Origin: Candidatus Woesearchaeota archaeon
GTDB lineage: Archaea > Nanobdellota > Nanobdellia > Woesearchaeales > SM23-78
Reading direction: 5' to 3'
Assembly: GCA_019322375.1 (NCBI GenBank)
Contig: JAHWIP010000003.1
Span: 6,792-70,791 of the forward strand
DNA: 64,000 bases
A program made the position numbers and the translations under genes. This document shows, one piece after another, positions 36,301 through 45,800 of the stretch. Below the pieces are notes generated by a model. The model was not told where the DNA came from. It was given only the letters and a program-made list of their open reading frames with translations, and ran no database searches. Position 1 is the stretch's first letter. Each line of letters starts with the position of its first letter.

Positions 36301-37197
36301 ATGAACAAGAAAGCCATTGTGTTTGACAAACTCATGACAGCTGTTCTGATAATCATTGTGCTGGCTGTTTTTATTTTTTTCCTGGTAAAGATAAAAATCC
36401 ATGCCTTAAAAATTGTTGAGGATTCTGAGTGCAAAGCAAGCATTATCAGCCATGCAACTCTTTTAAGGGTGACTGGAGAAGACACAACACCAGACATTCA
36501 CTGCCCTACCAAATATTATACTCTTCCAAAAGAAAGCAATGAAGAAATAAAGCATTATATTGCTGATTCATTAAAGACCTGCTGGGGAACCTGGGGCAAA
36601 GGAGAGCTTCAGTTATTTAACCAGCAAGGCTATTACTGCCATGTGTGCTCTGTGATTGATTTTGATGATAAAACAAAAAAAATACAAGGCCTGAACAATT
36701 ACCTGATTAATACGCCAACAGATAAAGATACCCCTCTCACATACATGGACTACCTCACAGGTTATGCATCTGAAAAAGCAGACCCTGCATTAATACAAGA
36801 GGTTCAGGAAAAAGGTTTTTCAGACACCATACACACTTCAAAGCCTTATGCAGTCATGTTTGTTTATGCCAAAGGAAAAACAGGTGTTAAAGCATTTCTT
36901 GATGGCATGGATGCTCTTGGCCTGGGAACAACAGGAGGAGGAATCACTACAGGGCTTGCACTGGGCTCAGCAGCAGGCATAGGGCTGGCAGCAGCAGGAG
37001 TGGCAAGTGGTGGAGCAGCAATTGTTATAGCAGGAGCAGTCACAGCTGCTGGCGGAGTGATAGGCTATATAACAGCAGATGATACTCACTGGATAGCCCT
37101 TACATTGTTCACAGAATACAATGCTGAAACCCTGAAAAGCATTGGGTGCGAGATAGCCCCTGCAAAGCAGGACAGAAAAACTGATGAAACTGGTTAA
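36301..37197 (+). CDS. Pilin-like protein with a Gly/Ala-rich hydrophobic C-terminal segment
   Basis: MNKKA-IVFDKLMTAVLIIIVLAVFIFFLV. C-terminal GLGTTGGGITTGLALGSAAGIGLAAAGVASGGAAIVIAGAVTAAGGVIGYI is glycine-zipper-like. Confidence 0.65.
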   Translation: MNKKAIVFDKLMTAVLIIIVLAVFIFFLVKIKIHALKIVEDSECKASIISHATLLRVTGEDTTPDIHCPTKYYTLPKESNEEIKHYIADSLKTCWGTWGKGELQLFNQQGYYCHVCSVIDFDDKTKKIQGLNNYLINTPTDKDTPLTYMDYLTGYASEKADPALIQEVQEKGFSDTIHTSKPYAVMFVYAKGKTGVKAFLDGMDALGLGTTGGGITTGLALGSAAGIGLAAAGVASGGAAIVIAGAVTAAGGVIGYITADDTHWIALTLFTEYNAETLKSIGCEIAPAKQDRKTDETG

Positions 37198-37280
37198 AAA
37201 ACTTAATTTGGTGATTTAGTTAAAGCGAAAGCATTAAAAAACACAAAAGCATAAAAAATCTTGAAACAAGAGGTTTTAAC

Positions 37281-37442
37281 ATGAGTTATGGCATGAACCG
37301 TATGAACAAGAAAGCCCAGGAAACAATGAGTCCTGAAGGCGGCACACTAAGAATAATATGGTTTGTGATTGTCTTATTAGTACTTATTATTATTGTTTAT
37401 TTTGTTGCAACAAATTTTAAACTAATCAAACTGCCATTTTGA
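37281..37442 (+). CDS. 53-aa helix-only micro-pilin-like ORF
   Basis: MSYGMNRMNKKA-QETMSPEGGTLRIIWFVIVLLVLIIIVYFVATNFKLIKLPF. Ends 9 nt before the amidase gene. Below the track cutoff. Confidence 0.4.
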   Translation: MSYGMNRMNKKAQETMSPEGGTLRIIWFVIVLLVLIIIVYFVATNFKLIKLPF

Positions 37443-37451
37443 GGTTAAGAA

Positions 37452-38285
37452 ATGAAGCTGATAAATGCTATTGGTGCCATTGTTTTAGGATTGTTTGTAT
37501 TAATTATACTAATCCTGATATTTGTTCCAAACACATTCAAAATTGTTAATAATATCTTTCTTATTATTGGCCAACAATTAGGCTTTAACCCAGCAGTTCC
37601 TGGAGGTGAAGACTATGGCTTTGGAGGGCTTTATGGAAGCACACCATCAACTATTCCAACTGATGCTGAGCCAGAGCGTATTAAAAAAGTCAAAACAAAG
37701 CCAGGCATTCCTGTTGATGAAAAATATTTTGGAGAGCTCTACTCTTATTCCAGGGAAGGAGCACTTGTTGACACCATTGTACTGCACCACACAGGGGATA
37801 ATAAAGCTTCGCAAACATTCAATACTCTGAAAAAAAGAGAGCTTTCAGTGCATTATGTTGTTGACAAGGACGGCACAATATATTACTTGATAGATGAGAG
37901 CACAAAAGGCGCTCATTGCGGTTGCTGCCCGCCAAGCAACCCGACTTGTTGCAAAGCAGGAGAAAACTGTCCTGTTTGCCTGAATGAAGAATTAAGAGAA
38001 ATGAATGCCAAATCAATAGGCATTGAAATTGTTAACACAGGATATGCAGATGATTACTACACTAATGAGCAATATGTTTCAATAGATAAACTGATAAATG
38101 ATATTGCAAGCAGATGGACTGCTATTGCTGTTGATAATGAGCATGTGCTTGGGCATTACCAGATTACACTGGGTAAGTGGGATCCTTCACCTGTTTTTAA
38201 ATGGGCAAGAATACAAGGATTGTCAGGCCACTTAATGCTTGCAGACATAGGAAAAAAAGCACCCTCTGAATACGGCTATACATGA
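37452..38285 (+). CDS. Membrane-anchored N-acetylmuramoyl-L-alanine amidase (Amidase_2 / PGRP fold)
   Basis: N-terminus MKLINAIGAIVLGLFVLIILILIFV. Catalytic-domain pattern IVLHHTG ... SVHYVVDKDGTIY ... AKSIGIEIVNTG ... VLGHYQITLGKWDPSPVF (GH....K.DP..F). Cys-rich insert CGCCPPSNPTCCKAGENCPVC. Confidence 0.7.
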   Translation: MKLINAIGAIVLGLFVLIILILIFVPNTFKIVNNIFLIIGQQLGFNPAVPGGEDYGFGGLYGSTPSTIPTDAEPERIKKVKTKPGIPVDEKYFGELYSYSREGALVDTIVLHHTGDNKASQTFNTLKKRELSVHYVVDKDGTIYYLIDESTKGAHCGCCPPSNPTCCKAGENCPVCLNEELREMNAKSIGIEIVNTGYADDYYTNEQYVSIDKLINDIASRWTAIAVDNEHVLGHYQITLGKWDPSPVFKWARIQGLSGHLMLADIGKKAPSEYGYT

Positions 38286-38370
38286 GTTTGTGACAGAGCA
38301 TTAAAATACACTGAGACACATTAAAATAATAGCAAAGTTTATATACAAAGATTTGCAAGAATTATATGAG

Positions 38371-39081
38371 ATGAAACCCTTGTTTTCAAAGAATAAAAAA
38401 AAGAAAGGCTTGTCAACCCTTGGAACCATTATAGGACTAATACTTTTACTAGCAGTCCTGGCAATCTTTCTTCCGGTTATTCTTCGCGCAGGCAAAACAA
38501 CTGATGAAGTCCCCAAAGACATAATGGACCCTGTCAAGGCATGCCATGGAAAAGAGAGTGGTGAGGAATGTTATCTTGGCGGAATAGCTGGTTTTTGCAG
38601 GGATTTCAGGTGTGTTATAGAGACTTCAGCAAAAAACATGAAAGAATCAATAACTATTTTCAAGACAACTTTCAAGGACAGCATTGAGAATTGCCAGAAA
38701 GATGTAGCCCAGTGCCCTGAGGCAACAAAGGCTCTGGACTTAATGATTGGTTATTTCACAGATGCAGGGCTTGTTGTTCATAGATTAGCCTCAGACAGAG
38801 CAGAGTTCAGGCTATACCAGGAAAAAAACTTTTTAGGTATTGGAGGGCATAAAGCCTCTTTTGTTTTTTACGGCGATACTTGTGTAATAGAGAAGAAAGG
38901 GGATAATGATGTTCCTACATCGGGCAAAAACTTTAAGCTTGGGATCAAAAAAGAAAGCAAAGGTTTTGTAGTATATGACCTTGAAAAAACTGCTGCTGAA
39001 CTAGGCACTTTTATATCTTTCAGGCATCAAACCCAGAATGATGCAACCACCCCGGTCTGTGTTTATTACACTACAGATTAG
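38371..39081 (+). CDS. Type IV pilin-like protein
   Basis: ATG 38371 gives MKPLFSKNKKKKG-LSTLGTIIGLILLLAVLAIFL, then ACHGKESGEECYLGGIAGFCRDFRCV. Confidence 0.65.
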   Translation: MKPLFSKNKKKKGLSTLGTIIGLILLLAVLAIFLPVILRAGKTTDEVPKDIMDPVKACHGKESGEECYLGGIAGFCRDFRCVIETSAKNMKESITIFKTTFKDSIENCQKDVAQCPEATKALDLMIGYFTDAGLVVHRLASDRAEFRLYQEKNFLGIGGHKASFVFYGDTCVIEKKGDNDVPTSGKNFKLGIKKESKGFVVYDLEKTAAELGTFISFRHQTQNDATTPVCVYYTTD

Positions 39082-39154
39082 CAATGCTAAAATAAATTTT
39101 ATTATCATAAAATATTTAATTATTAAAAAAAATTGATTGCAAAGGTGAACTATT

Positions 39155-39808
39155 TTGTTAACAAAATCAAGAAAAGGACTTTCCCTTTTAGGAATGCTTG
39201 GTGGTGTAATCATAGTAGTTGTACTGGTTATTGTTCTAATCAATATTTTCATTAACAGAGGAGCCAAGCCTCTGGAGAACATCACTGGAGAGATAATTAC
39301 CTGCGGAGGACTTGCAGGTGTTATTGGCGGGGGAGAAGGGGTTTGTATAAGCAAAAGCACTCTTTGCGACGGCCCAAAGCTTCCTAATCCTGAGTGCAAG
39401 GCTAGCAATCCTGACAAGCCTTATTGCTGTTTTAAACAAGCAGAGGGTGCTGAAGGCCCTCCTGGTTCTGGCCCGACGGCTTGTGTTAAGGATGTTGACC
39501 CCTGGGAACCTGTAATTGTTGAAGACGATTATGTTTGCGCTTCTAGTAAGGAGGCGTGCGAGCAGACTATGAATTTTGTTAATGTTCTGAATGAATGTGC
39601 TCAATTTAGTGAAGGTTGTGAATGCAAGGATGAAGTAGAAGGAATTGAGCACCCTTGTGAAGGCAATCTTAAATGGGCTCTTTTTGGCCTTGATAAATCT
39701 GAGCCTAAACATGAAGTTGTTATGAAATGCTATCCTGCTGTTAAGGAATGCGAGGATTCAAATGAATGTGAGCGTTGTGTTCCAAACCATTTTGAATGTG
39801 CAGAATAA
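39155..39808 (+). CDS. Type IV pilin-like Cys-rich protein with a six-Cys module
   Basis: TTG start with AAAGGTGA 6 nt upstream. LTKSRKG-LSLLGMLGGVIIVVVLVIVLINIF. Module TCGGLAG...GVCISKSTLC...PECKASNPDKPYCCFK. Confidence 0.6.
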   Translation: MLTKSRKGLSLLGMLGGVIIVVVLVIVLINIFINRGAKPLENITGEIITCGGLAGVIGGGEGVCISKSTLCDGPKLPNPECKASNPDKPYCCFKQAEGAEGPPGSGPTACVKDVDPWEPVIVEDDYVCASSKEACEQTMNFVNVLNECAQFSEGCECKDEVEGIEHPCEGNLKWALFGLDKSEPKHEVVMKCYPAVKECEDSNECERCVPNHFECAE

Positions 39809-39872
39809 TAACTCTGTTAATTCTTCCCCACCGAAACAAATTTATACTTATTAAGCAAGTTTCTTATGTATT

Positions 39873-41027
39873 ATGGCTTGGATGAATAAAAAAGGCGGTG
39901 AAAGACAGATTGGACTTAGCGAACTTACGCTTTATGTGTTTGTCATTCTGCTTATAGTTGTCTTATTTATTGTTAGCTATAGGTTTATCGGAGCTTTTCT
40001 CAGAGGAGGAGTTGATAAAGACACTGAGTCTAATTTTGTGTCACTGGCAGAGAACCTTGAGTTAATGATTGAGAAAGACGCAGGGTTTGAATACCAGACC
40101 ATGATTTTTTATATGAAAGAAAAGCATTTTGTGTTTGGCTTTACATCCAAGCAGGCTCTTTCCTCTTCTCCAGCAAAGCATTTTATGCCTGAGAAATGCA
40201 ATGAGCACTCATGCCTTTGCCTGTATAAAGAACCTGATGATGTAGCAGATGACAAGCCTGTCAAGTGCATATCTTTTGGGCACAAGGTTATTTTTCATGG
40301 CTATGACTTAAAAAAAGTGTCTGCTGCTCAGCTGGTTTATCCTGACCTAGGAGCAGAGCTGGGTGCGCGTGAGCAAGGAGAATCTTATTATTTATCTGAT
40401 TATCCTGAAACTATTTCTTTTTATATAGAAGGCTTGTTTATTGGCCCTTCACTAGACAATCCTCATGACCTTTACCTGGAAAAAATAGTTGCTAATAACA
40501 GGGTGCATGTTTTTGTGACTCCTGGCCTTAAGCAGGAAATGATAGAGACAAGGATTGAACTGTTATCTCCCTGCCCTTTTGATTCTGATGAAGAATGCAT
40601 GGGCAAGAGAAGAAACTCTGTTCTGGGCAGTAATGATTATTGTTTTTATGATGAGAGCCAGGCTAAGTGCTTGTTAAAAAAAGATGTGGATGCCTGTTCT
40701 TTCTCAGACAGAATTACACAGCCCTGTCTTTGCGGCTCTACATTTATAGACCCAGACACCAGGACAGAAGAAACCTATTGTTATCAAAAATCTGATAAAA
40801 GGATTTTTGTCCTTCCATTTGACTGCGATTCAGAGGAATTAAGAGAAAAAAAATGCCTTGCTTACTGCAGGGCAATCACTGATACAGAGGACTGCGACAC
40901 AAGAGAACAGGATTACTGTGATAAAGACCCTTGCGAGTTTGCTTCTAAAGAAAAGCCGTGCGAAGTGCGCCCATTAGGCAAAAAAACTTATTGTGCTTCT
41001 TACTCAAGGGATTACAGCATGGATTAA
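39873..41027 (+). CDS. Pilin-like, very Cys-rich ectoprotein
   Basis: MAWMNKKGGERQIG-LSELTLYVFVILLIVVLFIV. Many Cys in the C-terminal two thirds (e.g. DCDSEELREKKCLAYCRAITDTEDCDTREQDYCDKDPCEF). Confidence 0.65.
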   Translation: MAWMNKKGGERQIGLSELTLYVFVILLIVVLFIVSYRFIGAFLRGGVDKDTESNFVSLAENLELMIEKDAGFEYQTMIFYMKEKHFVFGFTSKQALSSSPAKHFMPEKCNEHSCLCLYKEPDDVADDKPVKCISFGHKVIFHGYDLKKVSAAQLVYPDLGAELGAREQGESYYLSDYPETISFYIEGLFIGPSLDNPHDLYLEKIVANNRVHVFVTPGLKQEMIETRIELLSPCPFDSDEECMGKRRNSVLGSNDYCFYDESQAKCLLKKDVDACSFSDRITQPCLCGSTFIDPDTRTEETYCYQKSDKRIFVLPFDCDSEELREKKCLAYCRAITDTEDCDTREQDYCDKDPCEFASKEKPCEVRPLGKKTYCASYSRDYSMD

Positions 41028-41113
41028 TAATAGTTGCTTGGATTAATAATAATTATTAGTAATTGTTCTAAAAACCTAAATCTTTTTAAACTCGTTTATC
41101 AACAATTTAAGTT

Positions 41114-41596
41114 ATGAGTTTTTATGATTTTAATAACAAGAAAGCCAGGAGCATGATTGCAACTTCTTTTTATGTATTATTTGGCTTGATGCTGGGAGCC
41201 TTTTTTGTGATAGCTGTTCTTGGAAGAGTTAAGGATGCTGTTGGTGATTCTGCTTATCATAAAAAGTTTTATTCCAGGGACCTGGCCTTGCTTGTTGATG
41301 CCTTGCATGCCAGCAATGGAAAGTTTGTTGTTGATTATGATGTTAATCTTCCAGACAACATGCTCCTGGACTTTGGTCTTGAGCCTGGAGCAGTCATCTT
41401 AACAGACCGCTCTGACACACTCATGGATAACAGGCATAAAACTGCTTTTTTGTTTGGGCATAATGATTATGTAAAAATAATTCCTGTCACAATTGACAAG
41501 AACATGCTTAAATTGTTAGTGGTGGCTGATAACAACACCATTACATTTGAAGAGAAAGGGATGGATGATTTAAGTACAAATGATAAAGAGGAGTGA
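41114..41596 (+). CDS. Pilin-like protein
   Basis: MSFYDFNNKKA-RSMIATSFYVLFGLMLGAFFVIAVLG. Confidence 0.55.
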   Translation: MSFYDFNNKKARSMIATSFYVLFGLMLGAFFVIAVLGRVKDAVGDSAYHKKFYSRDLALLVDALHASNGKFVVDYDVNLPDNMLLDFGLEPGAVILTDRSDTLMDNRHKTAFLFGHNDYVKIIPVTIDKNMLKLLVVADNNTITFEEKGMDDLSTNDKEE

Positions 41597-41629
41597 TTTA
41601 AGTATAAATGATTTAAGCAAAGAATAAGG

Positions 41630-42169
41630 ATGAGAATAATAAAAAAGAGGCTGAGCCTGAATAACAAAAAGGGGTTGGGAACTGAGGAGTGGCTTGAACT
41701 TCTGCCTTACATAGTGTTAACAGTGGTTGTAATGGTGGCTATTTTTGCCCTGATAAACCTTTTTGTTAATATTTCTGTTGATGTTAAGCCTGTTCAAAGG
41801 GAAGTTCTTTTCTACAGGCTGATGTATGCTCCTAACTCAATTATGTATATGGATAATCTTACTGGCAGGGTTCACCCTGGTGTTATTAGCTGGGATAATT
41901 TTACCAACCAGACCCTTGACAAATCTATTGCTTATGATTATGAAAGGCATATATCTGCAAAATTGATATTATATAACCTGGAAAAAGAGCCAATCAAAAC
42001 AGCTTATCTTAATGGGCTGTGGTTTAACCGCTTAGAGCCTTTGGCCAGGAGCAGGATTAAGGGTGCAGGCAGTGCAGAGCTCTACACCAAGAAAATCCCT
42101 GTTGTTTACAGGAGAAATGATGTGAACAGGGCAGGCTATCTTAAAGTTGAGATTATCATTCCAAACTAA
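41630..42169 (+). CDS. Pilin-like protein
   Basis: MRIIKKRLSLNNKKG-LGTEEWLELLPYIVLTVVVMVAIFALINLF. Confidence 0.55.
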   Translation: MRIIKKRLSLNNKKGLGTEEWLELLPYIVLTVVVMVAIFALINLFVNISVDVKPVQREVLFYRLMYAPNSIMYMDNLTGRVHPGVISWDNFTNQTLDKSIAYDYERHISAKLILYNLEKEPIKTAYLNGLWFNRLEPLARSRIKGAGSAELYTKKIPVVYRRNDVNRAGYLKVEIIIPN

Positions 42170-42184
42170 CAGCGAGTGATTTGA

Positions 42185-42853
42185 ATGAGCAGTTTGATTA
42201 ATTCAAGAAAAGGCATGAAAACCATTGTGACAATATTATCAGTTGTCTTGTTAGTATTCATATTCATAATATTTATTTTTCTTTTCAGGCTTGGCGCCAG
42301 GAACAAGGCAGAAAGCATAGAATCAGATTTTTCCTCTGTAAGAACAGAGTTTTTGCTTAAAACCTTTTTAAGAACACCAGCTGTTATTAGTGATGATTAC
42401 CCTGTTGAAGACTTGTTCCCTGGCATAGGAGAAGGCATTACCAATGCAGACCTGGTATCATGGACATGTAGTAAGGATAAAGACAGGAATTACAAGACCT
42501 TGAAAAACTCAATAAACACTTTTTTTGATGAGGCATATGAAGATGACTGGGAAGCATGGATAATCTATTCTAATCCTAAAGTAAAAAAGAAGGGCTTTGG
42601 GCACAAGAGTTATCTTGAAGGGATTGAGAAAAGCATAAACCGCTTGCTAACAGCAGGACAGCTGGCTTTGCTAGCAGCCAAATCATCAGACCCAGCCAGC
42701 AGGGGATTAATCTTCAAGCTTTTTATAACTCCTTATCGTGAAGCAGGCTTTGGCTCCCAGGTGGTTCCTTGCCCAGACGGAGAACTAGCCCAGATAATGC
42801 TTTACTCCCACACAGCATTTATTGAAATAAAACACCTGAAAGGCTTAACATAA
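42185..42853 (+). CDS. Pilin-like protein
   Basis: MSSLINSRKG-MKTIVTILSVVLLVFIFIIFIFLF. Confidence 0.55.
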   Translation: MSSLINSRKGMKTIVTILSVVLLVFIFIIFIFLFRLGARNKAESIESDFSSVRTEFLLKTFLRTPAVISDDYPVEDLFPGIGEGITNADLVSWTCSKDKDRNYKTLKNSINTFFDEAYEDDWEAWIIYSNPKVKKKGFGHKSYLEGIEKSINRLLTAGQLALLAAKSSDPASRGLIFKLFITPYREAGFGSQVVPCPDGELAQIMLYSHTAFIEIKHLKGLT

Positions 42854-42865
42854 GATAAAATAAAA

Positions 42866-45800
42866 ATGGATAAAGTAAAACTGAGATTAAAAAACAGAAA
42901 AGCACAGGTTTACCCGCTTTTTGTAGTGGTCTTTACAATAGTGGCCTTGACAACAGCCCTTATTGGCTTGAGCAATGCAAAAGAGGTTACTGATTTATCT
43001 GGCAGGGAAATGCTTATCGGCACCAAGCAATCAGCTGTTTTTGCATCTCTTCAAGACGCAGATGCTGTTAGTTTATTCATAGAGCAGGCAGCAGAATTTG
43101 CAGGCCAGCAAGCCCTGGATAAAATAAGAAAATCATGCTTTTTTGGAGTTGATGAGGAACAAGAAGTTGATGAGTGGGAGTCTCCATGCGGCAAGTTTGT
43201 TTATCCTCTTTGGAGCACTAATGAAAATCTTTGCCTTCCTGATTGTGAAACAGCTTTTGTCAATGCCTTTAACAAGGATTTTTTAAGCCGAACAAACAAG
43301 TATTATGAGTTCACAAACATAGAGCTGCCTATTTCTTATAACATGAGCCTGGAAATACATGACAATCATTTTTTTGTTCATGGAACCTCTGACACAGAAC
43401 TAAGGATTAATGTGGTTGATATTCAGAGCAGGATTAAGTCTCCCCTGGCAATAGCCCAGACTTATGAGGAAGGCAGGCTTATCTGGCCTGTTGATTACTC
43501 TGACCACACAATCACCTCTTGCTTTGGTGAAAGAGATGTTGTTGGGGGGAGCAAATACCATCCTGCTGTTGATATCCGGGCTCCAAAAGGAACACCAGTG
43601 CTGGCAGCTGCTTTAGGAAAAGTGATTCTTACTGACCCTTGCTGGGGAAGAATTGTTATTAATCATGGCTCTGGCTTAAGCACAGAGTATCTTCACTTGG
43701 AAAAAATTGATGTTAAGGTTAATGATGATGTGGTGCAGGGACAAAGAATAGGAACTTCTGGCAGCAATGGCTGTGACACAAGAGAGTTTGTTCCGCACCT
43801 GCATTTTGGGGTTATATATCAAGGTGTTCAGTCACCCATGCATTATAAAGGGCAGGAAATAGTTTTGAGCAACAACCATATCCAGCCCATGTGCTTGATT
43901 GAAAAAGGGTATGCTGCTAAGCCAGAAAGCAACTGCAACCAGCTTGTGAACACAGACTTAGACAAGATTTGTGAATTGTATAATCTGCCAGAAGAATTTT
44001 TTGAATCATCAGAATCATCAAAGCCATCAGAGCCATCAGAACCAGACCAAGACACTTCTTCTGAAGAAAGTGCTGATGCAGAGAATGCTGGTGCAGAAAG
44101 TGTTAATGCAGAAAGCACTGAGCTGGATTATTCTCTGGCACAGGCTCCTGGCAGCTATGCTTTTAAACCATCTTTTACCTTGAGGGTTAACAAGAAAATA
44201 GAAAACCCTATTGAGCCAGTAACAGAGTGGTTTGAGAACACCTGGAACGAGTGCGAGGATGACCCTTGGAAATGTTTAAGAGAAAAAATGAGTGAGTTTA
44301 ATGAGCAGGACTATGATTACAAGCTCATGTTTGCTGACAGGTGCGAGGAAGGCTATCACTTGTTCTATGACATACTGGAGTTTTTTGAGGACTGCTTTTC
44401 AAACCAGAAGTATGGGTGCTCATGCGAGTTTAATTTATCAGATGCTTTTTCAATAACTGACTTGCGAATAGTTTTTGACACACAAGCAAACACAGCCTCT
44501 CTTTTTTCCAAGCAGGGAGATAAGCCTGGTGATGAATATGAATTAATTGATTCATACCAGTTCTATTATGGAAGCATAACCAAGCCAGCCCCTGCTTCTC
44601 CTTATAGGTATTATGTGTATCAGCTTGATTATGATGATTATGGGGAGCTGGAAAATGCAGAGCTTATGCAAATGAAGTCATTGCTTGATGTATTTGATGT
44701 TGTGCCTTTTTTTGATTACAAAGAACTAAGACTGGCAAAGCCAGGAGAGGCTGAGCAAGGATATTTTGTGAACACAGAAACAATTCAGTGCAAGTACAAG
44801 AAGAACAAGTTCAGGCTGTGTGCAAAGCCAGCACAGGAAAGAGAAGACTTGTTCCCTATAAGGTTTGCTTTTCACTTAAAAGACAAGCCTCCTGAGCCTG
44901 TTAAAAAAGGAGATGTGGAAATTATAGAGGTGGAGGAGAGTTCTGAGTCAGATGTTGACAAGGTAATGCAGGCAGCAGGCTTTCTAGGAACCATATTCCC
45001 TCCTCTAGGCTACTTGTTCACAGCAATTAATATTCTCAGTGTGTTGGAAGACTTTAAACCAAGAAAGTTCGAGGTAATAGTTGATGTTCCTCTTGACAAG
45101 GATGGCAAACCCCTGGATGTTGCTGGCTATGAAGTTTATTGCAGTGATTACCTGACAAACATCCTGCCAGTGGATGTTTTGGATAAATATAATCCAAGTC
45201 ATTTTGTTGTGATGGCTAATGATGAGATGAATAAAAAAGTAAGCCAGCTAGACCAGTATGTTAAGAAGAACCCTTACACAGACTTTCTGAATCTTGAGAG
45301 CTGTGATGTGCCTGTGAGCAAGTTCACAGGAGAAACCATTCTTGTGCCTGGAATCAAAGGGGTTGTTAAGGACGGTAAAATGGTTTTCAACCTTCATAAA
45401 TGCGGGGACTTGGCAATAATTATAGATAAACTAATAAGAAAAGACTACTGTGTATCACTAATACCTGTTGACAAGAATGGCAACAAGATAATGGAGCATG
45501 CTGTGAGCAACTGCGCGCAAACCAATTCACTGCTTGACCTGGTTATTAGTGAGATGATAGAGGAACAGCTAGGAGAATTTATTCCTGCAAGCCTTATACC
45601 TGATAATTTAAAGCCTTATATCAAGCTGCCTGACACAAGCGATATTGTTAATGCAGTAACAGGGGAAGGCAGTTTTGACATGATAGACATTGTTAATCTT
45701 GACAAGCTGGACGCAGACATAAAAAATTATCTTGAGGAATTCGTGGTTGGAACTATTAATGAAGACATAATAGGCACTTCTGTTGTTAATTCTATTGATG

